A stretch of 64,000 bases of DNA from Porphyridium purpureum (GCA_008690995.1 VRMN01000012.1:124001-188000); one strand, 5' to 3'; shown: positions 46,624-58,186, counted from the first letter of the stretch. Notes: generated by a model not told the origin, from the sequence alone. Numbers and translations: made by a program.

Positions 46624-48093
46624 TCACCAAAATTCGCCGACCTCTTCACCTGTAGCGGCGTTTTGGCGGCTCCGGCGCAGCTTCTGAGGCATAAAACGTG
46701 TCGGCTCAAACGGCGAGAGGTCCAGAGTGGCCGACTTGCCTGTCAGCAGAAGCTCGGCCATTGCCTTGCCACTCGCCGGCCCCCATAAGATGCCCCAGCA
46801 GTTGTGGCCCGTCGCGATGAACGCATTGGAGCGACCTAGGCGGCCCATCAACGGCTTTGCGTCGGGCGCGCACGGCCGGATGCACGCCTGGACAATATCA
46901 GGCCCGCCGTCCTCTCCTACAAGGCCCGGGGCAATGGCGCGGAGCGTGTTCATTGCAGCATCAAGTCGTGACGCGCTTGGCCTGACGCGGCTTGGTGCTT
47001 CGATGTCGCCTCCCGGAACGACACGATGGATGTCTAGAATCTCGCTGCCCCCCATGCCACAGACGTATAGGTCACCATTGGCACGCGGGTAGAGCTCAAG
47101 ATGGCAACCGTTGCGGTCTTCGCCGCAGAAGACTGCAAAGGGTTCGTCCAGCACTTTTTGTTTGCGCTCAAACACCAAACTGGTGCTCAAAATCCCTTCC
47201 AACGGCAGTTGCAGCTGCGCGCGACCCTTTGCTCCGGCATCAAGCCACGCTGCCACGGTCGTTGACCATACGCCCATTGCAATGAGGACTTTTCGGCACC
47301 GGAACACCTTACCGCTTTGGGTGCGTACGGATGCGACTTCCCTACGACTCCCGGCTTCATCGTGTGGTCCACTAGGCCTGTGTAGCTCAAAGCCGCAGGC
47401 CGTCTCGTGCACGAGCTCGACGCCAGCGGCTTGCGCCTCCTGCATCAGCCGAGCAGTGAGCTCAAATGGCGTGACCTGTGCCGTGTTGGTGGTGTCGTCC
47501 ATTAGCGACGAGCGACACGCGTCACCGCTGAGCCATGACGAAGCATTGGCACCCTTTCGGAAGGGCTGTGCTTGCAGCGTGTTAACTTTTCGATAGCTCG
47601 TGAGCTGCAGCTCGGCTGCAAGCTGCTCGTGCAGCGCAAATGAAACTCGGTGCAGCTGCTGCGTGTCGCCGCCGTCGCCCCACGTGCGCGCAAGGAACCC
47701 TCCCGCCTTGCCTGACGAGCTGCACGCTACCGCCTCGCGCTCTATCACAAGCACGCGCACACGTGGCGTGTCTACCCCTTCTACTTGTCGGCTGAGATAG
47801 TACGCCGTGGCAGCGCCAATGATTCCGGCACCGAGAATAACGACATCGTATTCGATCTCCTCCTGCTTCCCACCACTTGCCATGGTTGCGGCAGACGCGC
47901 GGAGCGCCCGCCCCGTGCTCAGCTGAGCCTTCTGCGCAAGGCTGGCCGGTCTATGCCTTTCAGTCCGACCACGTCGCCACTCAGATGTGACCGACACCTG
48001 CGCCTTTCCATAGCCAACCCTGTTCGAGACGCGCTCGGCGCACAACGCTCCCACGTAGGCGGCGCCAGGGACAAAAGTCAGGGCGCCACGCAT
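46624..48093 (-). CDS. FAD-dependent oxidoreductase (DAO family) with probable transit peptide
   Basis: VVILGAGIIG, SSGKAGGFLA, QACIRP, ATGHNCWGILWGPASG. Start uncertain (48093 chosen; 48162 or 47883 possible). Confidence 0.9.
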   Translation of the reverse strand: MRGALTFVPGAAYVGALCAERVSNRVGYGKAQVSVTSEWRRGRTERHRPASLAQKAQLSTGRALRASAATMASGGKQEEIEYDVVILGAGIIGAATAYYLSRQVEGVDTPRVRVLVIEREAVACSSSGKAGGFLARTWGDGGDTQQLHRVSFALHEQLAAELQLTSYRKVNTLQAQPFRKGANASSWLSGDACRSSLMDDTTNTAQVTPFELTARLMQEAQAAGVELVHETACGFELHRPSGPHDEAGSRREVASVRTQSGKVFRCRKVLIAMGVWSTTVAAWLDAGAKGRAQLQLPLEGILSTSLVFERKQKVLDEPFAVFCGEDRNGCHLELYPRANGDLYVCGMGGSEILDIHRVVPGGDIEAPSRVRPSASRLDAAMNTLRAIAPGLVGEDGGPDIVQACIRPCAPDAKPLMGRLGRSNAFIATGHNCWGILWGPASGKAMAELLLTGKSATLDLSPFEPTRFMPQKLRRSRQNAATGEEVGEFW

Positions 48094-48308
48094 CTGGGTC
48101 AACGGCACGTGCTGATCCGTCTGCCAAGCGCTGCGCACCGCGTCACTGCACGTGCGGTTCATTGCATCGGCCTTGTGTCTCACGTTGACGGCACCGCACG
48201 CGTGGCGCTCTTGGGTTGTCGCGGCAGACCATGGCGAGAGCGACAAGGGTGGCTGGGCGACGGAGGGCAATAACAGCGCACATGCAGCTTCGTCCGCGTG
48301 GAGAGGCC

Positions 48309-49907
48309 ATGGCTAGCTTTGTATCAACGTCGCGGTTGGTGGATGTGAGTCGCAGTGGAAACGCAAGCGTTCCACGTGCGCATGCAGACGGAAAAGCGAA
48401 CGACTTGCAGGATGAGAGCAACGATCGCGCTCGTTCTCGTTCTCGTCCTCGGCCTCGTGCTCGTCCTTCTCAAAGGCCAATGAGACGCGGTCCTGCATCC
48501 ACGCAGACACAGTTCGGTCAGGCGCCAAGGGAGAGTCTGGTTGCTAGGTTGCGAGCAAGCGCGTCGTCCCCAAGCTCGGCTCGTCTGCGCGAGCTCAATG
48601 AACTCGGCCTGTTGTATTCGTTTATGCGCGGTCGGAGAAGCGGCCCATCTGAGCAAGGACGAGCGCCAAATGAGGCCCCGCGACCACAACAACAGATTCC
48701 AGTGCATCCGTCTGTGCCGACGTGCCGGCCAGGAGAGCTGGTTACGACTCGCGCCCAGCTCGAAGCCATGGTTGATGAGGTGATGACCTCCGGCAGCGGT
48801 GTGGGCATTGATACTGAGTTTGTTAGCGAGCTGAGCTTTCGTGCGGAACTTTGCTTGGTTCAAGTAGCGACCACAAAAAAAATCTGGATCGTGGACGCCT
48901 TGAGCCCGGAAATCCATCGCCATATAGACCATTTCTGGAGAACTCTTGTCATAGACAAAGCGCATGAAAAGATTGTCCACGCCGGTGATCAGGACCTAGA
49001 GCACGCATTCAGAAGCACCGGACGCATCCCGGAGAATATTTTCGACACACAGCTCACGGCTGCTTTCGCCGACAACTTGCTCGAGGCAAAGTATCCAGCA
49101 TCGCTCGCAAGACTCGCTGACGAACTTGTTGGAACCGATCTGAGCAATGAAATAGGCAAAGGTACGCCAAGCATGACGGTAAGCGACTGGGTTCAACGTC
49201 CCTTGCGCGTCTCGCAGCTTGAGTACGCAGCGAATGATGTGCGTTTTCTCCCGCTCATGCGGGAGAAGCTTGGAGAACTGGTTGAAAAGACAGGCAACGC
49301 AGCGTGGCTGCAGGACGAGCATGACCGCGTGTACAGGCTCAACGCCAATGCTTTATACGTGCCTCGCCCCACTGCGCCGCACGCCCTGCGCAACACGGGC
49401 GTCGACTTGAAGCGCATGGACGCCGAGCAGGGCGCCGTGCTGAAGGCTTTATGTGATTGGCGCTTTGCCCAGGCGCGCGAATGGAACGTGCCCCAGAATG
49501 CGGTGCTCAGTACCCGGACAATGATTGATCTAGCCGTCGGCGCGAATGTCAGTATAAGCTCGGTCAAAGGGCTGAACAATCGCATCCGCACCGAATGCGG
49601 CGCCGAGATTATGGCGGTTGTACATCAAGCCAGGGAGCGCGTGCACAGCGCCGGTGAAGGCGACAGTGCAGAGACTTCAGGAACGTTACGGTCGGCACAG
49701 GAGATGCTGAACAGTCGCGACATCAATCTCGAATGCCAGCCGCTCAAGCTGAAGCTGGAAAAGAGATGTGCTGAGCAGAATATCGCTTCGCGGCTTGCAT
49801 TCTCCTTGAATGACCTGCGCGAAGTGTTGGACGGTCGAAAAGCACACAGCAAGCTTTTTACAGGGTGGCGCAGTGACCTCTTTTCCGATCTGTTGCTCGA
49901 ATTCTGA
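48309..49907 (+). CDS. RNase D-like 3'-5' exonuclease (DEDDy plus HRDC) with N-terminal extension
   Basis: GIDTEF...LCLVQVAT, KIVHAGDQDLE, IFDTQL, SDWVQRPL...QLEYAANDV, HRDC-like LCDWR...AREWNVP. MASFV start. Confidence 0.9.
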   Translation: MASFVSTSRLVDVSRSGNASVPRAHADGKANDLQDESNDRARSRSRPRPRARPSQRPMRRGPASTQTQFGQAPRESLVARLRASASSPSSARLRELNELGLLYSFMRGRRSGPSEQGRAPNEAPRPQQQIPVHPSVPTCRPGELVTTRAQLEAMVDEVMTSGSGVGIDTEFVSELSFRAELCLVQVATTKKIWIVDALSPEIHRHIDHFWRTLVIDKAHEKIVHAGDQDLEHAFRSTGRIPENIFDTQLTAAFADNLLEAKYPASLARLADELVGTDLSNEIGKGTPSMTVSDWVQRPLRVSQLEYAANDVRFLPLMREKLGELVEKTGNAAWLQDEHDRVYRLNANALYVPRPTAPHALRNTGVDLKRMDAEQGAVLKALCDWRFAQAREWNVPQNAVLSTRTMIDLAVGANVSISSVKGLNNRIRTECGAEIMAVVHQARERVHSAGEGDSAETSGTLRSAQEMLNSRDINLECQPLKLKLEKRCAEQNIASRLAFSLNDLREVLDGRKAHSKLFTGWRSDLFSDLLLEF

Positions 49908-50291
49908 AGGATAAAGAAAGTGTTCGTAATCCATTCCGGTCAGCTTGAGAGCGTGTCTACACAAGTGTAACACATGTGTGAGACTGTCTTGCCTGCTGAA
50001 CGGATTCCATCGGAGACGCAAGTCAAGGCCGGTATTCAGTATCAACATGTGCTTCTGAACTGCCGCCCTGCTTTGCGCCGATGCTCGAAACGGATAGGAC
50101 CCCAGTCATCATGGAGGCGCAGCTCGTCAAAAACGAGCACTGCAATGAGCGACACGCGCCCACAGAACGCGCTTGCGACTGACTGCGGCCAGCCTCGTAC
50201 AAATGCGCGCGCATCATTGTTGATAGAGCAAGTCATGGTTCTACATAGCCTGCTCCGATGCAATCCGCGAGCTGAAGCCCTAGATACTGGC

Positions 50292-51353
50292 CTAGAAGTC
50301 GAGCTCTTGATCCATGTCATGCTGGAGCACAGTCTGTCTGCGCACAAGCTCGAGAATTGTTCCATCCGGGTCACGCAAGATCGCCACTTGCGCAATGAGC
50401 GCGCCGAGCATCTGCTGCTTCGGCGGCTGCAAAACGGGGAGTGTCTTGCCAAACTCGCGGCGGCTCTTGGCGTCAATGCGATCCACAAACTCCTGGAGCT
50501 CGGTGCAAACGCGTGTCACGTCCCAGGACACATGGTACAGCCCCAACGATAGTCGCTGCGCGTCCAAGGCGCTGCGTGCTCCTCCAGCTGCGCTGGTTGA
50601 CTCCAGGCGCCGCTCAGGTGGCAGCTCAATTAGCTCAAGCGCAATAGTAAACAGCGGTGAGCGTAGCCAGGCGCTTCGGCAGCTCGCGGTTCGGAACTTG
50701 AGCGTTGGCTCAAAGCCAAACAAGGAATAAAAGTTCATCGACACGCGAATATCGCTGACTAAGAGGCAAACGTGGTCTCCTGTGCCAGCATACATCTGCG
50801 TCAGGGCATCTGAGAACGAAGCCGCGTCCAGCTCGCGCGAGTGCATGCTCGTGGCGCGTTTCGGCACATATATCCGTTCGTTCGCCCTGGTGAGCTCAAA
50901 GCCGCGTGCCTCGAGAAGCGCGACAAAGGGATGATCCTGCAACAGAGATGAAGCCAAGCACGTACCAGTCGCCGCGCACACACGTACTAGCTCATCGATG
51001 CACAAGTGAATCAGCAGCCTGTCAGAATCTGGGGCGCAAATATCTGTAATGAACCACGTAAACTTGGACGCCAGGCGCACTGTGACACGCGCGCCCGCCG
51101 CGCGCAGCACGCGCTCATTCGAATGCCGTGATGAGAGTGGGTACTCCCACTCTACTTTGGGTGTGGCCAAGTCTGACGCATTGTCCTTTCGTGCGCCAGC
51201 CATGCACATGCACACCGTCGTGCACCGCGCATCAAGCGTTCTACCATGTCTCACCCGCGGGCACAGCCCGTGGCGATTATGCTGCACCACGGGCCGCGGC
51301 GTAACAACACCACCGCCACTGACAAAGCCGCACAAGCCGCTCACACGCGTCAT
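50292..51353 (-). CDS. VOC/glyoxalase-like domain protein with probable plastid transit peptide
   Basis: DHVCLLVSD...FYSLFGF, LELIE, GLYHVSWDV, RDPDGTILELV. Confidence 0.85.
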   Translation of the reverse strand: MTRVSGLCGFVSGGGVVTPRPVVQHNRHGLCPRVRHGRTLDARCTTVCMCMAGARKDNASDLATPKVEWEYPLSSRHSNERVLRAAGARVTVRLASKFTWFITDICAPDSDRLLIHLCIDELVRVCAATGTCLASSLLQDHPFVALLEARGFELTRANERIYVPKRATSMHSRELDAASFSDALTQMYAGTGDHVCLLVSDIRVSMNFYSLFGFEPTLKFRTASCRSAWLRSPLFTIALELIELPPERRLESTSAAGGARSALDAQRLSLGLYHVSWDVTRVCTELQEFVDRIDAKSRREFGKTLPVLQPPKQQMLGALIAQVAILRDPDGTILELVRRQTVLQHDMDQELDF

Positions 51354-51564
51354 GGCTTCCACCTGTCGAGCTTGGAGCAGGATGGAGGCAGAGCAAGCGA
51401 CTTGACGATGTGGAGTCTTTCATTTGCGGGATGATGTGTGGTACAAGGGCAGGCTGAGCGACAGGCTACAGATGGCAGTCCGATGTACAAGTTTGTCTAT
51501 CATTTTAGTTCATCGAAAGACGCCTGCAGGCGGCGCCCAGGGTGTATCCAGCGAGTGTCGCATC

Positions 51565-52392
51565 TCACTGGCGGCCTGGCGGAGCGTCATTGGCGCTATC
51601 ATCTGCGGTGTACACATTGTTGGTGGTGAGTTCGGAGGCCTGCGGCATGTATCCGAGTCCTCGCATAAGCGTCATACCGTCGGCCAGCTCATGTCGCAGC
51701 GCTTCTTCAAACCGTCTTGCCTCGGGCGGCACGTGTGCTTCAAGCGCATGCTTGTTCAGCACGCCGTCGAGCCACAGTTCGTCCAATCTATCTGCATAGT
51801 GTAGCTTGGCCCAGAACTTGCTGCTGAGGAAGGGCCGCATGATCAGAAACACGCCGCGCACCCACACTCCCGGATGGACAATACTGAGGTGTGCAAGGTT
51901 CTTCTTGTACGCTGTCGGCAGAAGACGATACGCTCGTATGGCGAAGGCGACACTCGGCTGATTCCGCCAGCCCATGTTTGTGTGAAAGAAGATCACGCTG
52001 TACTGGCGACTAGAGTCGTCGAGCTCTATATCTGCCCCAGGCCCAAAAACACACGGATGCAGCAGGCGAATAAACAACAACAACACGTCGTGCATGTCCA
52101 CATTCCACGTATCCAGCCGACTCCCGTGCACCATCATGACGGGCCTGCCGTGGCCATCATCCTCGACAACCTCGAACACATTCAGGGCCTCAATGTGCTC
52201 CAGATTTGCGGCACGCGCCTCTTCTAACACGCGAAGATACTCTTCAACTGGCGCCTGCTGGAGTGCACTCAACGGCTCCCCCAACGGCGCCTCAGCGTCC
52301 GCGCCACGAATATCCTCCGACGCAGCGTCCACCTCGGCCATGGCCTCGGAGTCGGCCGCCACCACGACCACCGCACCTTCATCGCTCTCCAT
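51565..52392 (-). CDS. CRAL-TRIO / BCH (Sec14-like) domain protein
   Basis: DDGHGRPVM, YSVIFFH, AYRLLP..YKKNLAHLSIVHP, PFLSSKFWAKLHY. Confidence 0.88.
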   Translation of the reverse strand: MESDEGAVVVVAADSEAMAEVDAASEDIRGADAEAPLGEPLSALQQAPVEEYLRVLEEARAANLEHIEALNVFEVVEDDGHGRPVMMVHGSRLDTWNVDMHDVLLLFIRLLHPCVFGPGADIELDDSSRQYSVIFFHTNMGWRNQPSVAFAIRAYRLLPTAYKKNLAHLSIVHPGVWVRGVFLIMRPFLSSKFWAKLHYADRLDELWLDGVLNKHALEAHVPPEARRFEEALRHELADGMTLMRGLGYMPQASELTTNNVYTADDSANDAPPGRQ

Positions 52393-52692
52393 GCTCAGTC
52401 ACACTGCACCAGCCCATTCCTGACGCGAATCTCGCGTCCACGTTCCACGCAACCACCGACTCGACTCTCACCCCACAAAACCCCGCCCACCACCACGCCG
52501 TTCTCCGCAATCAGCACGTGCGCACTGCAACACGCATGAAACTATATCCGTGCGCGCGTGCGCTTCCACGTCTCGCCGCATCCACGTCGTTCTCGGCTCC
52601 CATGCGCGTTGTTCTCCGCTCCAAGCCCCGCGTCTCTCCCGTTCTGACTCGAAAATTGTTCTCGGCTGCACGTGCTGCGTGTGAGTTCCATG

Positions 52693-53110
52693 TGTCACAA
52701 AAACCGGTTTTACGGGGTTTTGTGCCCCGGAGAGACCGCGAAGGCGTAGGGAAGAACTGCTACACGTCAGGCAGTGGGCCCGCCACCACGGACGTGAGGT
52801 CGGTCTGCAGGAGGTGATCTTCAGAATCCCTTGCTGCTTATAAGGACAACAAACCCTTCTTAACTAAATGTTCTTCACTACGCTCATCTCTGGTCCTCCT
52901 TTTTCTCCCGTCATTAGCTTGCGGGAGACGGAGTCCACTTTATATACTTCGCACGAGGTGACCGCTGTACGCCGGGCTGGCGTGGGACGAGATCTTGCAT
53001 GAGAACGATCTTGCGAGGCTCGGCATAATCCCGTGCCTGTCGACAGCCCGGAGAAGCGATGCGAGGTGCATCTCTTAGTGCAGTGGCTTGGAAGAGTGAA
53101 CTTTCTGACA
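52693..53110 (-). mobile_element. 418-bp solo LTR, second copy
   Basis: Reverse complement of 13092-13509 with about 7 substitutions by eye. 5-bp TSD CCATG (52688-52692, 53111-53115). Confidence 0.92.
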
Positions 53111-54868
53111 CCATGAGCACGGTACAAACATTGTTGCGGGCGCGTGCGTCGGGCATTCTGTGAAGTAAAGGCCGAGAGAGGTGCTGCTTCGCCAAGATAA
53201 AAAAGGCGGAGTCTCGTCGTTGAGCGTCGGGCGCGGCATACTCGCTCGCCCGGCAAGGAACGCTGTTGCTGTTATGACCGCTGTTGGTTCGGCTTGCAGA
53301 GAAACATAATCTGGTAACCAAAAGAATTGGACCTCTGAGAAAGCTCTGCCGAGCAGTGCCATAGCTCGATGGCTTTGCTTGCATCACTCGTAGTATATGC
53401 AAGAGACTTCCTGCACGTGCAAGAGAACAGAACGGACAATTTCCAAATCGGAACTGGCTCACTGCTCGAGAGGTAGCGATAATTGGGTTGGAGAATACCC
53501 AACAAGCAGCTGCAAAAGGAGCGCCGTGAATAAGCGGCATGCGCACAAGAGTGCGAAAGTGGAATAATACAGAGACGAACTTCACGCGTGGCAGAGTGCG
53601 GGCCGTGTAGGGAAGCTTTTGTGCAGGGACGAGCTCGTCCGAGGCCAGACAGCCCGCGTAGTGAGGTTGTAAGGAAGACACTCACGTGGGAGTACCGCAT
53701 TTAGTCTGACGTATATTTGTAGATATAAGAGAATGGTTTTGAGTGTATCGGAATGGAATCAGCCATCCGCAGCACAAAATCACTCTAACGTCGCAAATTC
53801 ACTTTCACAACGGTTTTCGCAGACTCCCAGGCCCTCGGCTACAATTCTGGTTCACAGTTGCGGTCCTTTTTGGTCTGCATGTCTTGCATCGGAGCGAGGA
53901 TGAAGTGCACAACCCGTTGCAAGTGATGCCAGTCATTGCGAACCGATGTAGATTCTTTTGGACGTATATCAAACCTCGCCCCTTTCAGGCATGCAAGAGA
54001 GAAGTCACCACCCTCTGAGTTTCATCCGCAAAAGATAAGAAAGTAATGAACTACAATTTGCACGGATGGAGGCTGCTTGTGGTCGGCGAGATTTCAGCTA
54101 AAACATGCGCTAATACAGCATGCTCCAATGAATTCGGACGTTCCCTGCGCTTAGCATTCTCTCTTCTTCTCTTCTGTCAAGAAGTAACTTGCCGAAGAAT
54201 CTGGAGGCTTCTTTAAAATAGTTCAACTGGTTAAAAAAGTTGTCTTTCTACGTCAGGAGACAGCATCTTACAGATGATCTCATCGTCTGAGGAGTTGTGG
54301 GAAAATAACAGGTAAATGCACTGCGGACACCAGCTTTTATTTGTTAGTTTCTTGCTTCCCCCTCCCTTCCTTCCTCCCCCTTTTAAGGAGTATTTGAGGC
54401 CTCTTTCGCTGTTGCGCACCGCTCGTATTCAAATACTCGCCACCTTGATAGATTTGATGCTCCAAAGAAAGCCTCATGGCTGCATTCGCTCTTTTTCAAC
54501 CTCTGCCCAAAGGATTTAAGACTACGTCCTGCGGAACTACTTCGGCTGTCTTGCTAGACCATAAGTGTCAGTCTCCTGCTCTATTGCGGGTTTCTAATAC
54601 TGTCGGATGGTAAAAATGGCAAGTACTCGAAATGCGTACGTTTACTCTGTTTCGTGCATCCAATTGTTCAAAGCAAAGCCATTCGCATGAAATGTGTATC
54701 GTCATACAATTCTGGTTAAAAGAGCGTACGCTTGCACTATCGGCGTAAGCTAGGTGGAGAAACAGTCAACTACGTCTCTTCAATGCTCTGTCTTTCTAGC
54801 TGCGTGCGTGCGTGTGTGTTATCCGCCAGCCCCACGGATACCTAGTCTTCGCTAGATCCTCACTGGAT

Positions 54869-54943
54869 CCTTGCTGTGGCCTTGCTGTGGCCTTGCTGTG
54901 GCCTTGCTGTGGCCTTGCTGTGGCCTTGCTGTAGCCTTGTTGG
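54869..54943. repeat. 11-bp minisatellite CCTTGCTGTGG x5 plus variants
   Basis: Direct reading. Confidence 0.95.
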
Positions 54944-56233
54944 TGCACTGTCATTTTTCTCACAGTGCTACCCGGAAAGCTGGTGAACACGGGGCGGCAG
55001 TCTATATTGAGACGTGGAGACCCGCGAGCAGGATCGGGGTCAGAGAGGAAGGAGAGAGAAAGGCAGTGAAGGGGAGAGAAGAAGGAGAGGGAAAGTAAAA
55101 GAAAAAGGAGGCTGAAAACGGTGCCTTCCAAGACCTTTGCAAAACTGACCGCTTGGAGCTTCGTGTCGCCCTTTTCTCACTCTGTAGCCGCGCGGGCGAA
55201 TGTCTTTCACGCGTCACATCCAAACACCTTGCACCAGTGACTTTTCGTGAGCTCGGCCGCGCATTCATGGTCATGATCGCGCAACGCGTTCCCACATCTC
55301 CTTTACTACTGTGTTTTTGAGGTTGAGACGCATGTGTCAAGTTGAACGGGTTTGTGAGTGTTGTTCCCGACGGGGCCTGGAACCACCAATCCTCCCGGAT
55401 AGGGTGCTGGTCGACGGGGCGGTGCAGAAGAAAGTAATGGTGCGTCCCGATTCGTCTATCTCCTTCAAAGCACGAGTCTCTTAGAACACGTTTACTACAA
55501 ACTCCAAAAACAATGATTCTAGCCCTCAGCCTTTCCCATAAGCCGCTACTTTTCCAGCACCGCCAGCATGAACTCGTGCGTGGTAAACTGATGCTTAGCG
55601 CCACTGTCTTGACTGCGACTGCCTGAGCTCGCGCCACTCTTCCCCTGTTGGGCTGCAACCAACAAACAACGACGACCTTTGCCGTTGTCCATTTTCTACG
55701 CGTCACGCTGTACACGGCGCGACGCCCTGCATTCGGCGCCGCTTCGTGCGTCGCTGCACGTGGTGGCTGCAAGCGAATGTCGGTGACGGGGCTGGACGAG
55801 GTTCTCGGCGGTAACGGAAGAGCGGACAGGTGTCTGTGGTGATGCGCGCACGCCGCGGGAGGGCCTGACCGTCCGCGTGGCATGCTGAGCGATCGCAGGG
55901 CGCACACGTGGATGGGCCTGCACAGGGAGTCAAGAAGGGAGTAAGGCTGTTCTTGGAAGGATCGATGGTGGCGGATTTGTTCTGCGCTTGAATGTCGGTG
56001 GAATCGATTGCATGTCGTTGAGATCGGGAACCTTTGCACGGAGAGCGTTGTAGCACATACGGGCTCGCAGAGTGGTTCGGCGCGTTTTTTCAAACGCGCT
56101 CGCTAATGTTTGCGCGTGTCTGGGCAAAGGTGTGCGAAAGTGCGCTTTTGGATTGGAGAGTGGAGGCGCTCGAGTGGAGACGTGCCTTTGGAGGACCCGG
56201 AATAAGAGATCCGAAAGGCAGCTCGGCTTCAAG

Positions 56234-58186
56234 ATGATGCTGCTAGTTGCTGTGGTGCTGGCCTGGTTGGCTTTGTTTGTGCCTTTGAAAGTAATGGAAA
56301 TGCGGTCCAACGGTGCGGTAAAGGACTGGCTGCAAGTGCGGAATCTGTCGGTATATCTAGGATATGTGTGCTGGGCGACACCACAATTCAACACGTTTTT
56401 TCAGTCTTTTGGAATGCGCTACCGTCGTCTTCTGAATATATGGTTTCACGCTGGTGTTGCCACGGGACTCGTCGGGCTTGTTGCCTCCGTGCTTATGCTC
56501 ATGCTTAACCTTGGGTATATCTTTTACCTGGCCGGTGCCGACTGGGCGCCTAATGCTGCGACGGACGGCGCGCTGTTGGCTTCGCAGTTTATCGAGCGTG
56601 GTAACGCGCCCATGCCGCTGGGCAGCAACTCAGAAATCATGGAGAATCACGATTCTGCTCTGGCAAAGAACATGGGCCTGAGTCCGAACGTATCGGCCGC
56701 GATTCTGTTGTCAAATAATAATCGTGCGAATGGCGACGCGGAGCTGAGTTCGGAAAACCGTTTGCATGCATTGCACTTGCGGCAGCGTCTGTTGGATGCT
56801 GAGGAGAGCGCACACCATATGCTGCTACAGGCCGAGCTGCGCGCGGAGCACGTCGCTCGATCATACGAAGGCTCGATCCAGAAACATGCTGGATTGATTG
56901 CGCCGCTCCTGCCCGGCATCAACATGCCCCAGTCCCAACTGTCGTACATTCTCGCAGCGATTGCGGTCGCCGCATGCTTCCATGAGCTCGGCCACGCGCT
57001 GGCCGCCGGCGCAGAGGAGCTACGCGTAGTCTCGGTCGGCGGCTTTTTGGCATTCATCTTTCCTGGCGCATTTGTGCAACTTGAACGCATGGATCATCAG
57101 CCTTATGCGCGCCAGCTGCGAGTGTACTGTGCCGGCGCGTGGCACAACCTTGTGCTCGCGCTCGGCGCCATGCTTGGCATTATCTTTCTGCCCGTGCTTT
57201 TGCTGCCGGCCTTTACCACAGGCGGTGCGTGCGTCGTCACCTCTGTGCAGCCAAACTCGGTGCTTTTTAATGTGCTGCCCGTCGGCGACGCTATCCTTAT
57301 GTTGGGTGACACACAGGTTACAGACAAACGCTCATTTGCGGTCGCCGTCGCGCGCGCTAGCGCAAAGCCGTCCGCCGGCTTTTGTGTACCCGAGCTCATG
57401 ATCTACGAGGGTCGCCGTGACATCAGCTGCTGCAATACAGCGATCACTTTCAAGAATGGTCACGACGCCCTACCAGAAGAGGAGCAAGCCGTGCAGGGTG
57501 ATGCGCCCGGCGCATTGTCGGCCGCGTCACCGAACGGGCAGGCGCTAATGCAGTGCTTCCACTCTGCCGTGGACGAAAAGTTTTGTCTGTTCCAACAGCG
57601 TGTGCGCGGACTGCCGACGTGCTATCCGGGGTACCATGACGAAGAGTCGTGCCCGTGCTCCGTGCCGCAGCTTCCAAGCGAGCACAAGCTGGTGCCCATG
57701 ACGCTGCATGATCCGGTCTCCGGGATCAAGCGCATGATCTTTTTCCAGGGCCAACCGCACATGCTGATGGAGAAAATCATTCTGAGCGAGTATCGTGCGC
57801 GAATCCCGGTGCTGCCGTTTGCATCGGGGCCATCGCAAGCCGATGGCCCCGGTTGGCTGGAGCGCGCGTACCGATACGCAATCAGTCTCAACTTGCCGCG
57901 CAAGCTGGATCGTCTCTTCAGGTACGTGTTCAGCATCTCGCTGTGCCTCGCCCTGCTCAACATGGCACCGGTGTACTACCTTGACGGCGACGCGATTGTG
58001 ACGGTGCTGCTCAAACTCATCATTCACGGCACGGACGCAGACCTGCACGACTCGACCTCTGCATTCTCCGCCGAGCACCACGCCAGCGCGCGCAAACTAG
58101 ACTCGGCCCGCCGCCTCATCCTCGGCATCGGCACCGCGCTGCTCACAGCCAACATCGTGTTCTCCCTCATGAACGTGCTCCTCTAA
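56234..58186 (+). CDS. MBTPS2: Site-2 protease (peptidase M50, MBTPS2-like)
   Basis: PLLPGIN, HELGH, FPGAFV, CAGAWHN, PDZ-like and Cys-rich insert, LNMAPVYYLDGD. Confidence 0.92.
   Translation: MMLLVAVVLAWLALFVPLKVMEMRSNGAVKDWLQVRNLSVYLGYVCWATPQFNTFFQSFGMRYRRLLNIWFHAGVATGLVGLVASVLMLMLNLGYIFYLAGADWAPNAATDGALLASQFIERGNAPMPLGSNSEIMENHDSALAKNMGLSPNVSAAILLSNNNRANGDAELSSENRLHALHLRQRLLDAEESAHHMLLQAELRAEHVARSYEGSIQKHAGLIAPLLPGINMPQSQLSYILAAIAVAACFHELGHALAAGAEELRVVSVGGFLAFIFPGAFVQLERMDHQPYARQLRVYCAGAWHNLVLALGAMLGIIFLPVLLLPAFTTGGACVVTSVQPNSVLFNVLPVGDAILMLGDTQVTDKRSFAVAVARASAKPSAGFCVPELMIYEGRRDISCCNTAITFKNGHDALPEEEQAVQGDAPGALSAASPNGQALMQCFHSAVDEKFCLFQQRVRGLPTCYPGYHDEESCPCSVPQLPSEHKLVPMTLHDPVSGIKRMIFFQGQPHMLMEKIILSEYRARIPVLPFASGPSQADGPGWLERAYRYAISLNLPRKLDRLFRYVFSISLCLALLNMAPVYYLDGDAIVTVLLKLIIHGTDADLHDSTSAFSAEHHASARKLDSARRLILGIGTALLTANIVFSLMNVLL

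Noticed and set aside
53120..54800. Possible DDE transposase remnant (FADET on minus strand)
   Set aside because: A single short motif with no TIRs or supporting frames.
55002..56093. 363-aa minus-strand ORF
   Set aside because: Non-ATG start, R/S/P-rich composition and no motif; probably a GC-rich spurious frame or remnant.
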